Assembly (NCBI RefSeq): GCF_009914755.1
Contig: NC_060926.1
Source of the DNA: the human T2T-CHM13v2.0 reference genome, Homo sapiens
Direction: 5' to 3' (one strand)
DNA: 64,000 bases
The position numbers and the translations under genes are program-made. Positions 30,813 through 46,833 of the stretch are shown piece by piece. The notes beneath the pieces are model-generated. The model made no database searches, was not told where the DNA came from, and saw nothing but the letters and a program-made list of their open reading frames with translations. Position 1 is the first letter of the stretch. The number at the start of each line of letters is the position of its first letter.

Positions 30813-31950
30813 GCATGGTTTTGGTGTCAGAAATGGGTTTGAATTTCAATTTTTAGTTACTGAAGTTTCTCAGCTTCAATTTTCTCATCTATAAAATAAA
30901 GATGTGGTGCATGAGATAGAGATGCATTTCAAGGACTAAACACAGTGCTCTGCCCATGGAAAGCACTCACTAAATTGTACTTGTTTCATCTTATACTACG
31001 GTGAGATTTTTTTTCAATTTTTCTCTTACATTTTCTTTATCTTTGTTCTTCCTCCCTAGAAAAGTACTTTTAAGAAATAAGGTCATTTAAAAATTTATTT
31101 TATGTTACCTGCAGTAACTGTACCTAGTGCACACTGTATAAATAGTTATTTCTAACTAGTCATTAAATACTAGAGTAGGAGTAAAATACTCTGGACCCAA
31201 TGTTATAACAACCCCTTTGTATAGCTTTTCATACTCATGTGTGTGAATAAGTTTTTATAAGTGAATAAAATATTATGAGGTAGATCAAATACTTAGAAAT
31301 AGAAATAAATTCAAGCAAAATAATAATAATAAAATTAAAGAATAAAGGACTTTATCTTGTCAAATCTGCCTGGACCACTGATTTATCATATAAACATAAA
31401 CAATCACTTAGAAAATTTTGTTGTGTTAAATAAAGTACATAGAGAATAAAGTTGGTATCCTTGACAATGCTATAAAGAAGAACAATTAGTGTTTTGCTTA
31501 TAAACTAAAGGCTCAAAAATAAACATTTATCTGTAGTATTCAAGGCTGTAAGATAGCAGTAAATCTCAATATTATATTAAGGAAATTTCTTAAAGAAAGT
31601 CTGAGAATACTGCTGATGTTTTCCTGCTTTGCTTTTCTCAATTATAAACCAAAAATGGCTTCTGACAGAACTCTCATAGGATGAACTGATGGTCGGATAA
31701 ACCCAACTGTTTGCTTTGAACCTAAAATCACAAAGGAGAAAAAGCCCAGTGAATCTTGAGGTTTTCAGAGACCCAAAGAGAACATAGCCTTGGAATGCTG
31801 GAAAAATAAAAATATTAACTTTTATCGCCAAAAATCTCAAATGAGAAAGAATTGAGCAAAGCATCCAAATATGTCAATTCAGCTTCTCAGGGAGCTCAGT
31901 TTTTAAGAAAACATGCATAAACATAGTGAAAACAGCTAAGGAAATACTAA

Positions 31951-32327
<377 letters not shown>

Positions 32328-32552
32328 TTGACTATGTTTTTTAATTTGGGAATTTGTAGTCTGTTTTGCCTGATGGGGCTGCCGGAGGCATTCTAGAAAT
32401 TGTCAAGCAGCAAGATTTGGATTGGTGTTTGAATATGTTGTTTCTGATTATTTTCCTGTCTGAAATAGTACTTTACAAGAGGTATCAAATGATAGCAACA
32501 AAGAAACTCACTAGTCACTAACCTATCCAGAATTTTAAAAAACGTAAGAGGT

Positions 32553-32888
<336 letters not shown>

Positions 32889-32987
32889 CTACGTTAAATT
32901 TGTCTTCTGGTTGGTCTTAGTGAGCCTAAATATAGGAATGTAATTCCCTCCCGCCGCCCCCCCCCCCCCCCCCACACACATATATAT

Positions 32988-33273
32988 ATTTTGAGAAAGG
33001 GTCTCACTCACCTATGCTGGAGTGTTGTGGCGTGATCTTGGCTCACTACAACCTCTGCCTTGGGGCTCAAGAGATCCTCCCACCTCAGCCTCCCCAGTAG
33101 CTGAAACCAGAGGTGCACGCCACCACGCCCAGCCGGCTAATTTTTTATGTGTATATTTTTTATAGAGATTGGGGTTTCGCCACATTTCCCAGGCTGGTCT
33201 CGAACTCCTGGACTCAAGCAATCCACCAGCCTCAGCCTCCCAAAGTGCTGGGATTACAGGCATGAGCCACCAC
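32988..33273 (-). mobile_element. AluJ
   Basis: Antisense diverged dimer. Confidence 0.85.
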
Positions 33274-33579
33274 CTAATTAATCTATCAAAATAGATTAAT
33301 ATGTATCTATGAAGATATATATTCGCCCAGCCTAATATATATCTTGATATAATAAATTATTTCTGTGGCTCTCCCTTGAAATGTGTGGCATAGTTACAAG
33401 ATAGGGAAAAATATGTTTTTGGGCAAGAAGACTTTCTGTACACCAGTGTTTGACAAACTTCCATGTCCATATAAATCAGCTGAAGATCATGTTAAAATAT
33501 ACATTCTGATTCTGTAGGATTAGGGTGGATATTTTGCATTCCAAAAGCTCCTAGATGATGCTGATGGTGCTGTTTCTTG

Positions 33580-35132
33580 TAAGAGGTGACAGCGTGCTGG
33601 CAGTCCTCGCAGCCCTCCCTCGCTCTCGGCGCCTCCTCTGCCTGGGCTCCCACTTTGGCGGCACTTGAGGAGCCCTTTGGCCCCGCCGCTGCACTGTGGA
33701 AGCCCCTTTCTGGGCTGGCCAAGGCCGGAGCCGGCTCCCTCAGCTTGTGAGGAGATGTGGAGGGAGAGGCGCGGGGGGAACCGGGGCTGCGCGCGGTGCT
33801 TGCAGGCCAGCGCGAGTTACGGGTGGGCGTGGGCTCGGCGGGCCCGCACTGAGAGCGGCGGGCGGCCCCGGGCAGTGAGGGGCTTAGCACCTGGGCCAGC
33901 AGCTGCTGTGCTCAATTTCTCGCCGGGCCTTAGCTGCCTTCCCACGGGGCACGGCCCGGGACCTGCAGCCCGCCATGCCTGAGCCTCCCCCGCGCCTCCG
34001 TGGGTTCCTGTGGGGCCCGAGCCTCCCCGACGAGCACCGCCCCCTGCTCCACGGCACCCAGTCCCATGGACCACCCAAGGGCTGAGGAGTGCGGGCGCAC
34101 GGCACCGGACTGGCAGGCAGCTCCACCTGCGGCCCCCGTGCAGGATCCAGCTGGGCTCCTGAATCTGGTGGGGACTTGGAAAACCTTTATATCTAGCTAA
34201 GGGGTTGTAAATACACCAATCAGCACTCTGTATCTAGCTCAAGGTTTGTAAACACACCAATCCGCACCCTGTGTCTAGCTCAGGGTTTGTGAATGCACCA
34301 ATGGACACTCTGTATCTAGCTACTCTGGTGGGGACTTGGAGAACCTTTATGTCTAGCTAAGAGATTGTAAATACACCAATCGGCACTCTGTATCTAGCTC
34401 AAGGTTTGTAAACACACCAATCAGCACCCTGTGTCTAGCTCAGGGTTTGTGAATGCACCAGTCAACACTCTGTAGCTACTCTGGTGGGGACTTGGAGAAA
34501 CTTTGTGTGGACACTCTGTATCTAGCTAATCTAGTGGGGACATGGAGAATTTTTGTGTCTAGCTCAGGGATTGTAAACGCACCAGTCAGCACCCTGTTGG
34601 ACCAATCAGCTCTCTGTAAAATGGACCAATCGGCTCTCTGTAAAATGGACCAATCAGCAGGGTGTGTGGGTGGGGCCAGATAAGAGAATAAAAGCAGGTT
34701 GTCGGAGCAAGCAGTGGCAACCTGCTTGGGTTCCCTTCCATAGCGTGGAAGCTTTGTTCTTTCGCTCTTTGTAATAAATCTTGCTGTTGCACACTTTTTG
34801 GGTCCACCCTACCTTTATGAGATGTAACACTCACTAAGAAGGTCTGCAGCTTCACTCCTGAAGCCAGTGAGACCACGAACCCACCGGGAGGAACGAACAA
34901 CTCCAGATGCGCCGCCTTAAGAGCTGTAACGCTCACCGCAAAGGTCTGCAGCTTCACTCCTGAGCCAGCGAGACCACGAACCCACCAGAAGGAAGAAACT
35001 CCAAACACATCCGAACATCAGAAGGAACAAACTCAGGACATGCCGCCTTTAAGAGCTGTAACATTCACCGCGAGGGTCCGCAGCTTCGTTCTTGAAGTCA
35101 GTGAGACCAAGAACCCACCAATTCCGGACACG
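33580..35132 (+). mobile_element. LTR12C (ERV9) solo LTR inserted into a MER5A-like element
   Basis: agaggtgacagcgtgctggcagtcctc start; CpG-rich U3; tandem caccaatcagcactctgtatctagct repeats; aataaaagcagg TATA-like; ccaattccggacac end; 4-bp TSD cttg. Confidence 0.95.
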
Positions 35133-35324
35133 CTTGGGCTACACTTTGAGTGACAAGGCTGTAGACTAACTGGTTCACTAAAATCATGACCAGAGATTGT
35201 CATTCTGGTCGACGGGTTTTATGTGCCACCTGGCTATTACGAAGTGCAGAACCCTCTTACTGTTTCCAGCGTGGAGGCCGAGTCCATAGACGGAAAGTGA
35301 GGTATTTCTAGGTGTCCCTGTGTT

Positions 35325-35737
35325 TCATGAAGGGGCGGTATATGCAAAGCAGCCCCCAAATGCCAAAGGAGTTGAGCTAGCAAAGAACAAGGCAGACAAA
35401 TCCAGTTCGTCAGTAAGGAGTGTTTTAATGGAAACTTAAGATGGAAGTGTGGCGGCAAGACAGATCTCTGCACTGTTGCTTCCCAGACCCAGGGCTTATA
35501 TACCACAGGGAAAGGGTATACGTGCTCCAGCAAGACAATTAAAAGCAACCCTCCAAAACAGGCAAGAATGCCATATGTATTATAGCCTATAGTTTGTCTG
35601 ATAATATCAGGTTTGACATGTTCTTACACTAAGGACAGTAAATAAATGAGGAATTAGGAGGCATTCATGGGACTGGGGCTAATCAGGACTCAATATGGCA
35701 GATCAGCATCCAAAATGGAGTCCTTTTGTCTCCACAC
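35325..35737 (-). mobile_element. Solo LTR (LTR47/MER72-like)
   Basis: Reverse complement starts tgtggagacaaaaggactccattttggatgctgatctgcc; family from memory. Confidence 0.55.
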
Positions 35738-36965
35738 CCTGGTGTGCTTTTCCTGAGGAAAGAGCAAGAGCTGTTCCTATCTTTCATGCCATCTCCTTCA
35801 GAGAGCATTGGCTTCTTGCTTGTAGCTAGGCTGCCATTATAGCTACTCTGAGGGAAAGGAAGGAATAAACAGTGAGGGGAAATGAGTCAAAATGACACTA
35901 AAGAGTGGAAAGAGGAAGTAAGAGAAGCCAAGAAAAAAGAACAGGGCAAGTGTATATGGGAACTTGAAAGGGGTATTCTCTTCTCTTTCATTAATTATTC
36001 ATTTCAATTTATTCTAAATAGTTTGCCCTAGTGTACAATGTAACAAGATAGAATGATCTCACACACAGGACTCATTTTAATAACATAATATCTGCATGGG
36101 GATGTTTGATAATGTTTAATATACAAAGGCAGAGTTAATTCATCCTTCTCAGGGCTTAAACCCGTCCAGGGAAATTGTAAATAAAAACAAGCTTCATCTC
36201 CGATAAAAATAAAACAGTGTCCTTCAGATCTTACTGCTTCGCGACTTTATGAATTGGAATGGAAACGTTGTTGCCTTTTGGGAGATTGACCTCAGCTGTT
36301 TTTCAACTTTTTGAAGAATAAGAACTCTAATTTTGGTGCCAATACTCAAATAGAAGTTTTCTCAGGTGGACAAACAACACCTGGTAGGCTGGTTTGTCAT
36401 GGAAATTGCACCACCTTAAAATCACCAGGAGAACCAAGCTGAGTCTTTGCTTTGACCCTGACTAGCTCTGTGAACTTGGGCATATGTAAAGGATCTGGTA
36501 TATAATAGGTGCTCAAAAAAATGTTACTACTGATCGCATTTCCCTTTAGCTTTCCGAGGGTCCATTTCTCAGTTTCTCAAATGTAAAAATGATGACAATA
36601 ATGTTACCTACCAATTATAGGGTGTTTGGTGAGGATTAATTTAGCTAATGTACATAAAAATACTTTTTGAACAGTAAATGCAAAATTAAATAATATTATT
36701 AATATTAATATTGTCCTCTGATTTTAAGCTATAATTAGAAGAGTTGAAAGGGATGACTGTTGCATAGAGAAAATAATTTGATAGGTTAAAATATAAAATG
36801 CAAGACCTGAATACAGTCACCAAGACAACTGCATAAAATGACACTGGATGGGCACCACACAATGCCTCCTCATGTCCCCTCGAATTGTGCAGTGTGTGCC
36901 AGGAACGGATTCTGGGCTGCCAAGACTTAGTTGTTTGCTGATCTAGATTTAGATAGAACACATAA

Positions 36966-37352
<387 letters not shown>

Positions 37353-38654
37353 ATTTTTGCCATATTCTTTAATGAACTGTACACGTAAGAAAGATGGGTA
37401 ATATTGAGTGGGTTTTTTGTGATGTAGTCTCTGAAGATATACCAAGCAGCAATTGTTTTCTCTGCTGCTCATACAGCCCCTTATGTGGCCACAAACCTCA
37501 TCTGGCCTCCTGCAAAGGGCAATGTGATCAGATGGCACAGATTTCTTAAAACTTGATTTCAAAAATTCTGCCCAGTTTCATTTCTCATGCCACAGCCAGT
37601 GTCTCTTTTTCCCCATACTCTCTTGCATGAAAATTCATAGTTGAATTTCCCGCAGGACTTTTCATGGGGCTAATCTACATCTGGAATTTACCCTGCTAAT
37701 GATTCTCTTTCCTTTCATCCTGTATACTCGTGCCAGATTATTCTTCTAAAAGGGTCAGTATCATCATGTCATTCGACATGTTAAGCGCTTGCAGATGACA
37801 TCCCATATATACAATCCAAATTCCAGAGTGTAAGATGTACACTCCCTCCCGTCACTCCCAATACCAAACTTTCCACCACAGGCTGGCTACAGTTTATCGG
37901 TAACTTCATCAGCCATTACTCCCTTCCACATCCCACTGAATTAGTCAGCTATCCAACTCCAGAACATACTAGGCCTCCTCTCTCTTACTATTTTCCTCCC
38001 CTGAGTTGTTTCCTCTTTTCTTTCTATTATTTCAGTCATACAGTCAGACAAGTGAACTTTCAACAAACCCACACACACACTATACATGCAGTGGTGATAG
38101 TGAAAACACAACTGCTCAGCATGGACATTGAACCATGAGAATGGCTCTCACCAGAGTGCTGGAGCAGTGTCCCAGAGAATTCTTTCTAGGCTGGCCATTA
38201 ATCCCTCAGTTGCTAGATCTTAGGAAGTTCAGGGGAAGAGAAGTTGGGAATTCCTGGTGGAGGAACAGGTATGGCCAGCTTGGTGAAGGCGCTAGGATGG
38301 AGATGGGGGAAGACTGCTACTACTTACTAAATGACACAAAAATATTTCATTATTTAACAACTGGTCTAAACCTCTAGAGCATGCTGACTGAACACCAGTG
38401 TCAGGCTTTGCTGATGCATCTTCAGCCTCAATTTAAGCTCCTTTTCCAGCAACCCAAGGGCCACTAGTGATCCCTCCATTCTCTAAATTATTTTAGCACA
38501 TTTTGTCCATACCACTTACTGGGCACATTTACAGCCTTGCATTGCTGTCTTTGGGGAACGATTATACAATTCATTCTCCCAAAGATGGTAATCTTTTCCA
38601 AAATAAGAGTTGTGCTGTATCTGTGTTTCTCCCAAAAATGTCTAACATAGTGCC

Positions 38655-39125
38655 TGTGGTTATTAATTTTATGGGTCAGTTTGACTGGGCTGTGGGATGC
38701 TCAGAGAGCTGGGAAAACATTATTTCTGGGCATGTCTGTGAAGGTGTTTCCAGAAGAGAGTAGCTTTTGAATTGGTGGAGTGAGTAAAGGAGATCTGCTC
38801 TTTCCAATGTGGGCAGGCATCATCCAATCTATTGAAGGCCTAAATAGAACAAAAAGGCAAAGGAAAGGTGAATTTATTCTGTCTGCTTGAGCTGAGACAT
38901 CCATCTACTTCTGTCCTTGGACACCAGAGCTCCTGGTTCTCAGGGCTTTGGGCTTGGACTGTAACTACTCTACTGGTTTTCCTGGGGCTCCAGCTTGCAG
39001 ATGGCAGATTGTGGGGCTTCTCAACCTTCACAGTCACATGAGGCAATCTCTTACAATCAATCTCTTTCCATATATCTATAAATATCCTATTGGTTCTGTT
39101 TCTCTTGAGAACCCTCACTAATACG
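38655..39125 (+). mobile_element. MLT2 (ERVL) solo LTR
   Basis: tgtggttattaattttatgggtcagtttgactggg start; accctcactaatac end; 5-bp TSD gtgcc. Confidence 0.85.
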
Positions 39126-39454
39126 GTGCCCTTCTCAGGCAATCATTTATCCTATGTGTATTAATAAAGGTTAATTGACTAAATGATTGGGAACTATTAT
39201 ACATATATCACAACGCAATCCCCCAAATCACTTCGAGAGTGAGGGAGGGACAGATATATTTGAGACTCTGATGAGAGCTAGGAATTCTTCTCCCAGAAGC
39301 ATTCCTACATACACAAAACCTGCATGAAATTTCAGATGTTTCACTTACCACCTAAGCCATTCATAGACTCCTGGGAGTCCACGGAACCTAGGTTAAGGGC
39401 TCTAGTTTAAATGAAATATTACAGAGCTAAAATATTAACCTAAAGAATTATCTT

Positions 39455-39885
39455 TAGAAATAAGCCGGGCACAGAAAGACAAATATCGCAGGTTCTCACT
39501 CATACGTGGAGCTAAAAGCGTTGATCTCACAGGGGTAGAGAGTGGAATGGTAGTTACCACAGGCTGAGAAGAGTGTGGCAGGGATGGAAAGAGGTTAGTT
39601 AATGGGTACAAATATACAGTTAGATAGAAAAAATAAGTTCTAATGTTCTATAGCAGAATAGGTGGCTACAGTTAACATTGTATTGTATATTTCAAATTAG
39701 CTAGAAGAGAGGACTTGAAATGTTCCCAGTACAAAGAAATACAAATAAATAAATACTGGAAAGAAATGTTCTCAGTACAAAAATATAAATACGCTAAATA
39801 CCCTGACTTGATTATTATACATTCTATGCCTGTAACAAAATATATGAACCCTATAAAAAGGTACAAATATTATATATCAATTAGA
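39455..39885 (+). mobile_element. L1MA 3' fragment
   Basis: gaaataagccgggcacagaaagacaaatatcgca..ttctcactcata... Confidence 0.8.
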
Positions 39886-40932
39886 AATTTTTAAATTAAC
39901 TTTAATGTTATTCTAGTAGTCCAGTAAGGAAGCAACTTTAGGGAAGCCCATACTTTATTAGCCCTAGATCATTGCATCTATGTGGCCATCTCCTAGCCTT
40001 TAGGTGGGAGGCAGAAAGCAGCAGGGCGTGCATGCTAGCTGTGATGGTCCCATCTCCTGGAATATTGTGCTGCTGACTGAGGATTTCAGATAAAGCCTGC
40101 TCATTACCAGTTGTACCCACAGATGTCAAATAACAAGTGCCAGTAACAATCTGGCATGGGACTGTCTTCAACTGGTTGAATTAATTAATAACTACTACAT
40201 ACCAAAATATGAAGAGTGTGATTCATGTCCAACTGGGAGGAAAAAAGGACACACGAAAAGGCAAGAACAACTTTGTCACAGACGGGACATTTTTCATCAG
40301 GGAAAGGAACTTTTTTACATAAACTAAAGTGTAGACATGAGGTATAAAATAGTGAGATCATCGCCACCAAAACTCCGTGTGGAACTGACTCCCACTGAGT
40401 TACACACCCCAGGCAAAGAGATGGGACTTTCATGAACTCCCAGGACTAGTTAATAAGCCTCCTTGCAATAAACTTCTTTTTGGAAAAAAAAGATAACTCA
40501 TTTACAAGGGAACCCCCCTGCTGTGGTACAGACATAAATGTCTAGAAAAATTACACTTCCTTATATTTCATTCAGATTAGCTTCACTTTTTGGGAAAAAA
40601 AGTAGAAAATCTTTTATATGCTATTAATCTTTAGATCTGTTTCTGCTGTCTGAAACTTTTTCTTGGGGGACACTGCTATGACAAAAAAATTAGATATGGC
40701 TACTGAAGAAAACCCTAGGAAAAAAATAAGAAAAATATTGTTCAATGAGGGCTAATTAAGATTACAGCCAACCTATGCTTTTATGAGCATAAACCAAAGT
40801 AACATTACTGGGAGATACACAGAAAGAATCACGTTTTCCTGAGAAATCTCTTAAGAAATTACATCAGTTCTCTGGACACATGGAGGAGAGGGGGTGTGCC
40901 ATTGTGGAGGCTGTGACTCAGCGGCAACCTGA

Positions 40933-41532
<600 letters not shown>

Positions 41533-42044
41533 TTATCTTCTGCTGTTTCTTGACTTGTGGAAATGCCTGCATGTGTGTGAAAAGCACAACTTCTCTGTAA
41601 GAGTCTATCTTGGTTATTAAGCCCAGAGTCTAAGTAGTGTCAAGCCCATTGATTTACAAATTATATCACTCTGTCCACCCAAAGGCCACCTGGCCATTGT
41701 GATATAGAGTAGCTACCAAAGCAACTAAGGTGGTGTTTTCCAAAAAGAGTGACCTGTGAATACTTGTTGAATAAGGTAATATTAACCTACTTGTGGCCTT
41801 GATCTTACCCTTCTTCCTATTTAACCACAGCCCTGGCCCTAAGATACCCTGATCCCTGAAAGAACAGCAGCTATGTCTGAGAATAAAAAGCATCTCAAAG
41901 AATTCTAGGCTGTCAAACAAAATCAGGAAATGTTGGGAAACTTTTAAGTGATACAGTGGTGACTTTTGCAGGCCCAAAAGAAGTCTGTGGCCTTAATGGA
42001 TCTATGGGCTACAGGATTCTTATCAAAATAATTTTAGTTAGATG

Positions 42045-42800
<756 letters not shown>

Positions 42801-43059
42801 AGTAAAAATTGTAGTGAGTCCTATTTGCATGCAAGTCTTTGTATACTATTGTAAGACGATGTAGGTAAAACTAGTCCCTGTCTTTATGGAGATTTACTGT
42901 TTTCAGATTTATAGGAAAAGAGAGGACAGATTTGTGTATCTGGCATAGAACTTTCCTTCATTATATGGGAAGTGAGCTCAAGTTACTTCATATGGGAATT
43001 CAAGGAAGAGGAGGCCCATAAAAGTGAGAGAATTTGATATTCATTTTCTATAAAAGTTA

Positions 43060-43210
43060 GAAAAGAGGAAGATGAAAAGAGAGGAGAGGAAGGGAGAAGA
43101 AGAAAGAAGAAGAAAAAAGAAGAAGAGGAAGAAGAGGAGGAAGAAGAAGAAAAAGGAGGAGGAGGAGGGGAAGGGGGAGGGGAAGGGGAAGGGGAAGGAG
43201 AAGGGGAAGC
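43060..43210 (+). repeat. Polypurine (GAA/GGA/GGGGAA) tract
   Basis: ~150 nt almost entirely A/G. Confidence 0.9.
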
Positions 43211-43734
43211 AGAAGATTCCTGATCTTGTCACTCTTCTTTGATGTGCATTTGCTCCCAACATGCATCTACATGCCCAGCTGGAGAGCCAAGATGTAAATG
43301 CAACCAGGCCATAATCCACCTTTCCAACCTAATTTCCCAGAACTCCCTTATACCAGTAATTCAGTCTTTTCAGTCCAATTAGCCTTACAAATTCCTATCT
43401 CCTGTCTCCATTCACAGAATCTCAGAGTTGGAGAAATCAGAGGTCATCTTGTCCAACCACTCACCAGATGCCTAAGTCCTTAAGTTGGGCTGACATCTTA
43501 CTTAGTTGAACTTCCATTCATTTTCTCAGTTGGGCTCATAGAATAATGTTCTATGTTATAAAAGGTATAAAAAGAAATACTGTCAAAGAAAAGAGAAAAA
43601 GAAGAAGAAGCACACTCTGAACTCAAAGTTAAGTTCCCACTTATTAATTATATTACTTATATTTTAAAAGAATATTTAAATCCAATTGCAAAACATTAAG
43701 TCTACAGTGATCCCATTTTTGTCACCCCCACAAA

Positions 43735-43735
<1 letters not shown>

Positions 43736-43778
<43 letters not shown>
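43736..43778. repeat. (TG)n microsatellite
   Basis: Directly visible. Confidence 0.95.
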
Positions 43779-43781
<3 letters not shown>

Positions 43782-44087
43782 CGTATATATACATAGAAAA
43801 AAGTCCCTGTGTAAATCTTTAAAGTTTCTTTGAAGGCAAAGTTATGGGTACCCTTTATTTCTACACTTGTTTATTTGTATTCATAATTTTTATTCAATTA
43901 AATTTTATTTTCTTTAACAAATGAAGAAAATTTGTATATAGTATGTTTGTACATATAAGTAAATATAACTGAGGTGGTAATTAGTTATCAAGTGACACAA
44001 AAATTTGCAACAGAACAAAAAATAAAAATTATTTTGTAAATGTACATTGGAAAATTGGGTTTAGCATATTTAATCAAACATGTGGAA

Positions 44088-44382
44088 GGCTGGGCATGGT
44101 GGCTTATGCTTGTAATCCCAGCACTTTGAGAGGCCAAGACAGGCAGATTGCTTGAATCCAGGAGTTTGAGACTAGCCAAGCTGGGTATTTTTCTGTCTCT
44201 ACAAAAAAAATACAAAAATTAGCCAGACACAGTGGTGCACACTTGTGGTCCCAGCTACTTGGGAGGCCAAGGATGGAGGATCGCTTGAGCTCGGGAGGTT
44301 GCAGTGAGCTGAATCATGCCACTGCACTCTAGCCTGGGTGATAGAGTGAGACCCTGTCTCAAAAAAAAAAAAAAAAAAAAAA
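44088..44382 (+). mobile_element. AluJ
   Basis: Diverged dimer with A tail. Confidence 0.85.
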
Positions 44383-45062
44383 CGGAACAAAGGAATTGAT
44401 TATGATCGAATGTTTCCCAAGAAAGAGAAATTAGCCTTAATGGGATCATAGCCAAACCACAAAACATAAATTTGATATTGAGGTTACAGCATACAAAGGG
44501 CTGGACTATCCTCTGGGACAATTATCATTTTTCCCTTTGCTTAAATCTTCACTCAGCTCTTGCAATGTATTATGTCATGCATTCTGCTAATCCTTGGGTG
44601 GGAATTCAAAGATGACTAAGACGGGGCCCGAGCCCTTAGGACACTCACACATTTCCTATTTGGCTAGAAAAGCAGCCAAAGCTCCAGTAGGCAGCCTGAT
44701 GGTCTCCTAGAAGGCATTTTTGAAAAAGACTTCAGTTAACCATGTTCCATTGTCTCTCCACATCTCACATTCACTGACACACCTAAAAGAAAGGCCCAAG
44801 AGGTCCTTTTGTGTTGGCATCTTCAACTTCTGATATTGTTGGCACCTCAGTAGATGCTATGCGTCTCTTGCTGGTTGGTTTTGGTATCTTGCGAGGGCAT
44901 ATTAAATATTGTTAGCCAAAGCACTCCCCTCCTCAAGAAAATGCTTAGTATCCCCAAGGTCAGCCTCTGTCCAAAAACAAGTCTTCTTTACCTTTCCACT
45001 TGACCCAATAGCCATCGGCAAGGATGTGCAAAAGGATTCCACACTCTTTTCTCTTTTGACTA

Positions 45063-45140
45063 ATACTTAGTGCTAAATTCCTGGTCACAAAGGTGAATAA
45101 AATCCTTAGTACTAAATTCCTGGTAACAAAAGTGAATAAA
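45063..45140 (+). repeat. 39-bp tandem duplication
   Basis: at(a/c)cttagt(g/a)ctaaattcctggt(c/a)acaaa(g/a)gtgaataaa x2. Confidence 0.9.
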
Positions 45141-45199
45141 GGATTTGCATTCATCAAACTATCTTTGAAAGCTCTTACCCCCTCTTGCTACTCATCCAA

Positions 45200-45930
45200 C
45201 TCAAGAGCAAACCTCCAAAATGTCCCTGAACCAGTACACTTCTTTCCCTTCTCCATTGTTGCCATCACCATCCAAGCCACCATCCCATCAACTCTCCCTG
45301 GACAACTGCAGTAGCCTCCTGAGATGACTCCCTGCTCCCCCTCTTAATCCACTATAAGTTCTCCTCTGATGAGACACCAGAGTGATCTTTTTAAAACATA
45401 AATTAAATCATGTTGTCACCTGCTGAAAAACCTCCTACTGCATATAAATTCAACTCCATATGCCCAACCTGGCTTACGCAGCCCCACAGTACCTGCCACT
45501 GCCTACCTTTCCCCTCACAGTAAGTTCCCCCTTTCATTAAGCTCTTTCATCACCTTGCTCTCCCTTTTGTTTTTGGAGAATTGGTCAAGTTCATTCTTGC
45601 CACAGGGCTTTTGCTCCAGCCTTCCCATCTGTCTGGCATGGCTGGCTCCTTCAGGTCATTCAGATCTAAGCTTCAATGTCACCTCCTCAGAGAGGCCTTT
45701 CCTGACCCTCTTTTCTATCATGTCAGCCTATGCTGAGTCTTTCAAAGCACTCATCATTATCTGATAATTTCCTTGTTTACTTATTGCTCCATTTTTTCTC
45801 TGTCACTGCTGCTAGAATGTAAGCTCCATGAAAGCAGTGACTTTGTGTGTCTTGCTCATTGGCTGTACTGGATTGATGCCTGGCATAAAGTAGACATGAA
45901 ACAAATAATTGCCAAATAAATGTGTTAAAT
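45200..45930 (+). mobile_element. L2 3' fragment
   Basis: ccagagtgatctttttaaaacataaa; aatgtcacctcctcagagaggccttt; tgtaagctccatga; tgcctggcata. Confidence 0.75.
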
Positions 45931-46043
45931 GAGTAAAAGAAGATGGTTGTCACTCCATAGTTAAGTGACTGAATCTTGTATTCACTACATTCATTCATTC
46001 ACTAACTCATTGAGTTTTTATTATATGCTTGGTACTATTTTTA

Positions 46044-46514
<471 letters not shown>

Positions 46515-46833
46515 TTACCTGTATTTTTAAGAATGAATTCACCAATGCATTTTAGAGAGAAGGGACAAGAGAGACTTGAGAACATCATGGCAGATGGGAG
46601 GCAGGACAGTTTGCAGCTCCCACTTGGACAGACAGAGCAGTGTGTGGACACTCTCATCATGAACTTTTGCTCCAGAACTACTGCAGGAATAAATCAGGAA
46701 AGCCAAGAAAACCCACAGACCCTCTGAAGGAAGAGGATTGCTCCTGCAGGACCTGGGAGACACCCCAAACACAGTGATTGCCCAAGCTGTGGAACTGGGA
46801 AAGGGGGATTGTCTGCCCCAGAACACACACCCT

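Noticed and set aside
34190-34660. Regularly spaced ~40-bp repeats resembling a CRISPR array
   Set aside because: These are the known tandem CCAAT-containing U3 repeats of LTR12; no unique spacers, no cas genes, mammalian DNA
33492-35008. Overlapping ORFs on both strands
   Set aside because: All lie inside the GC-rich LTR12C
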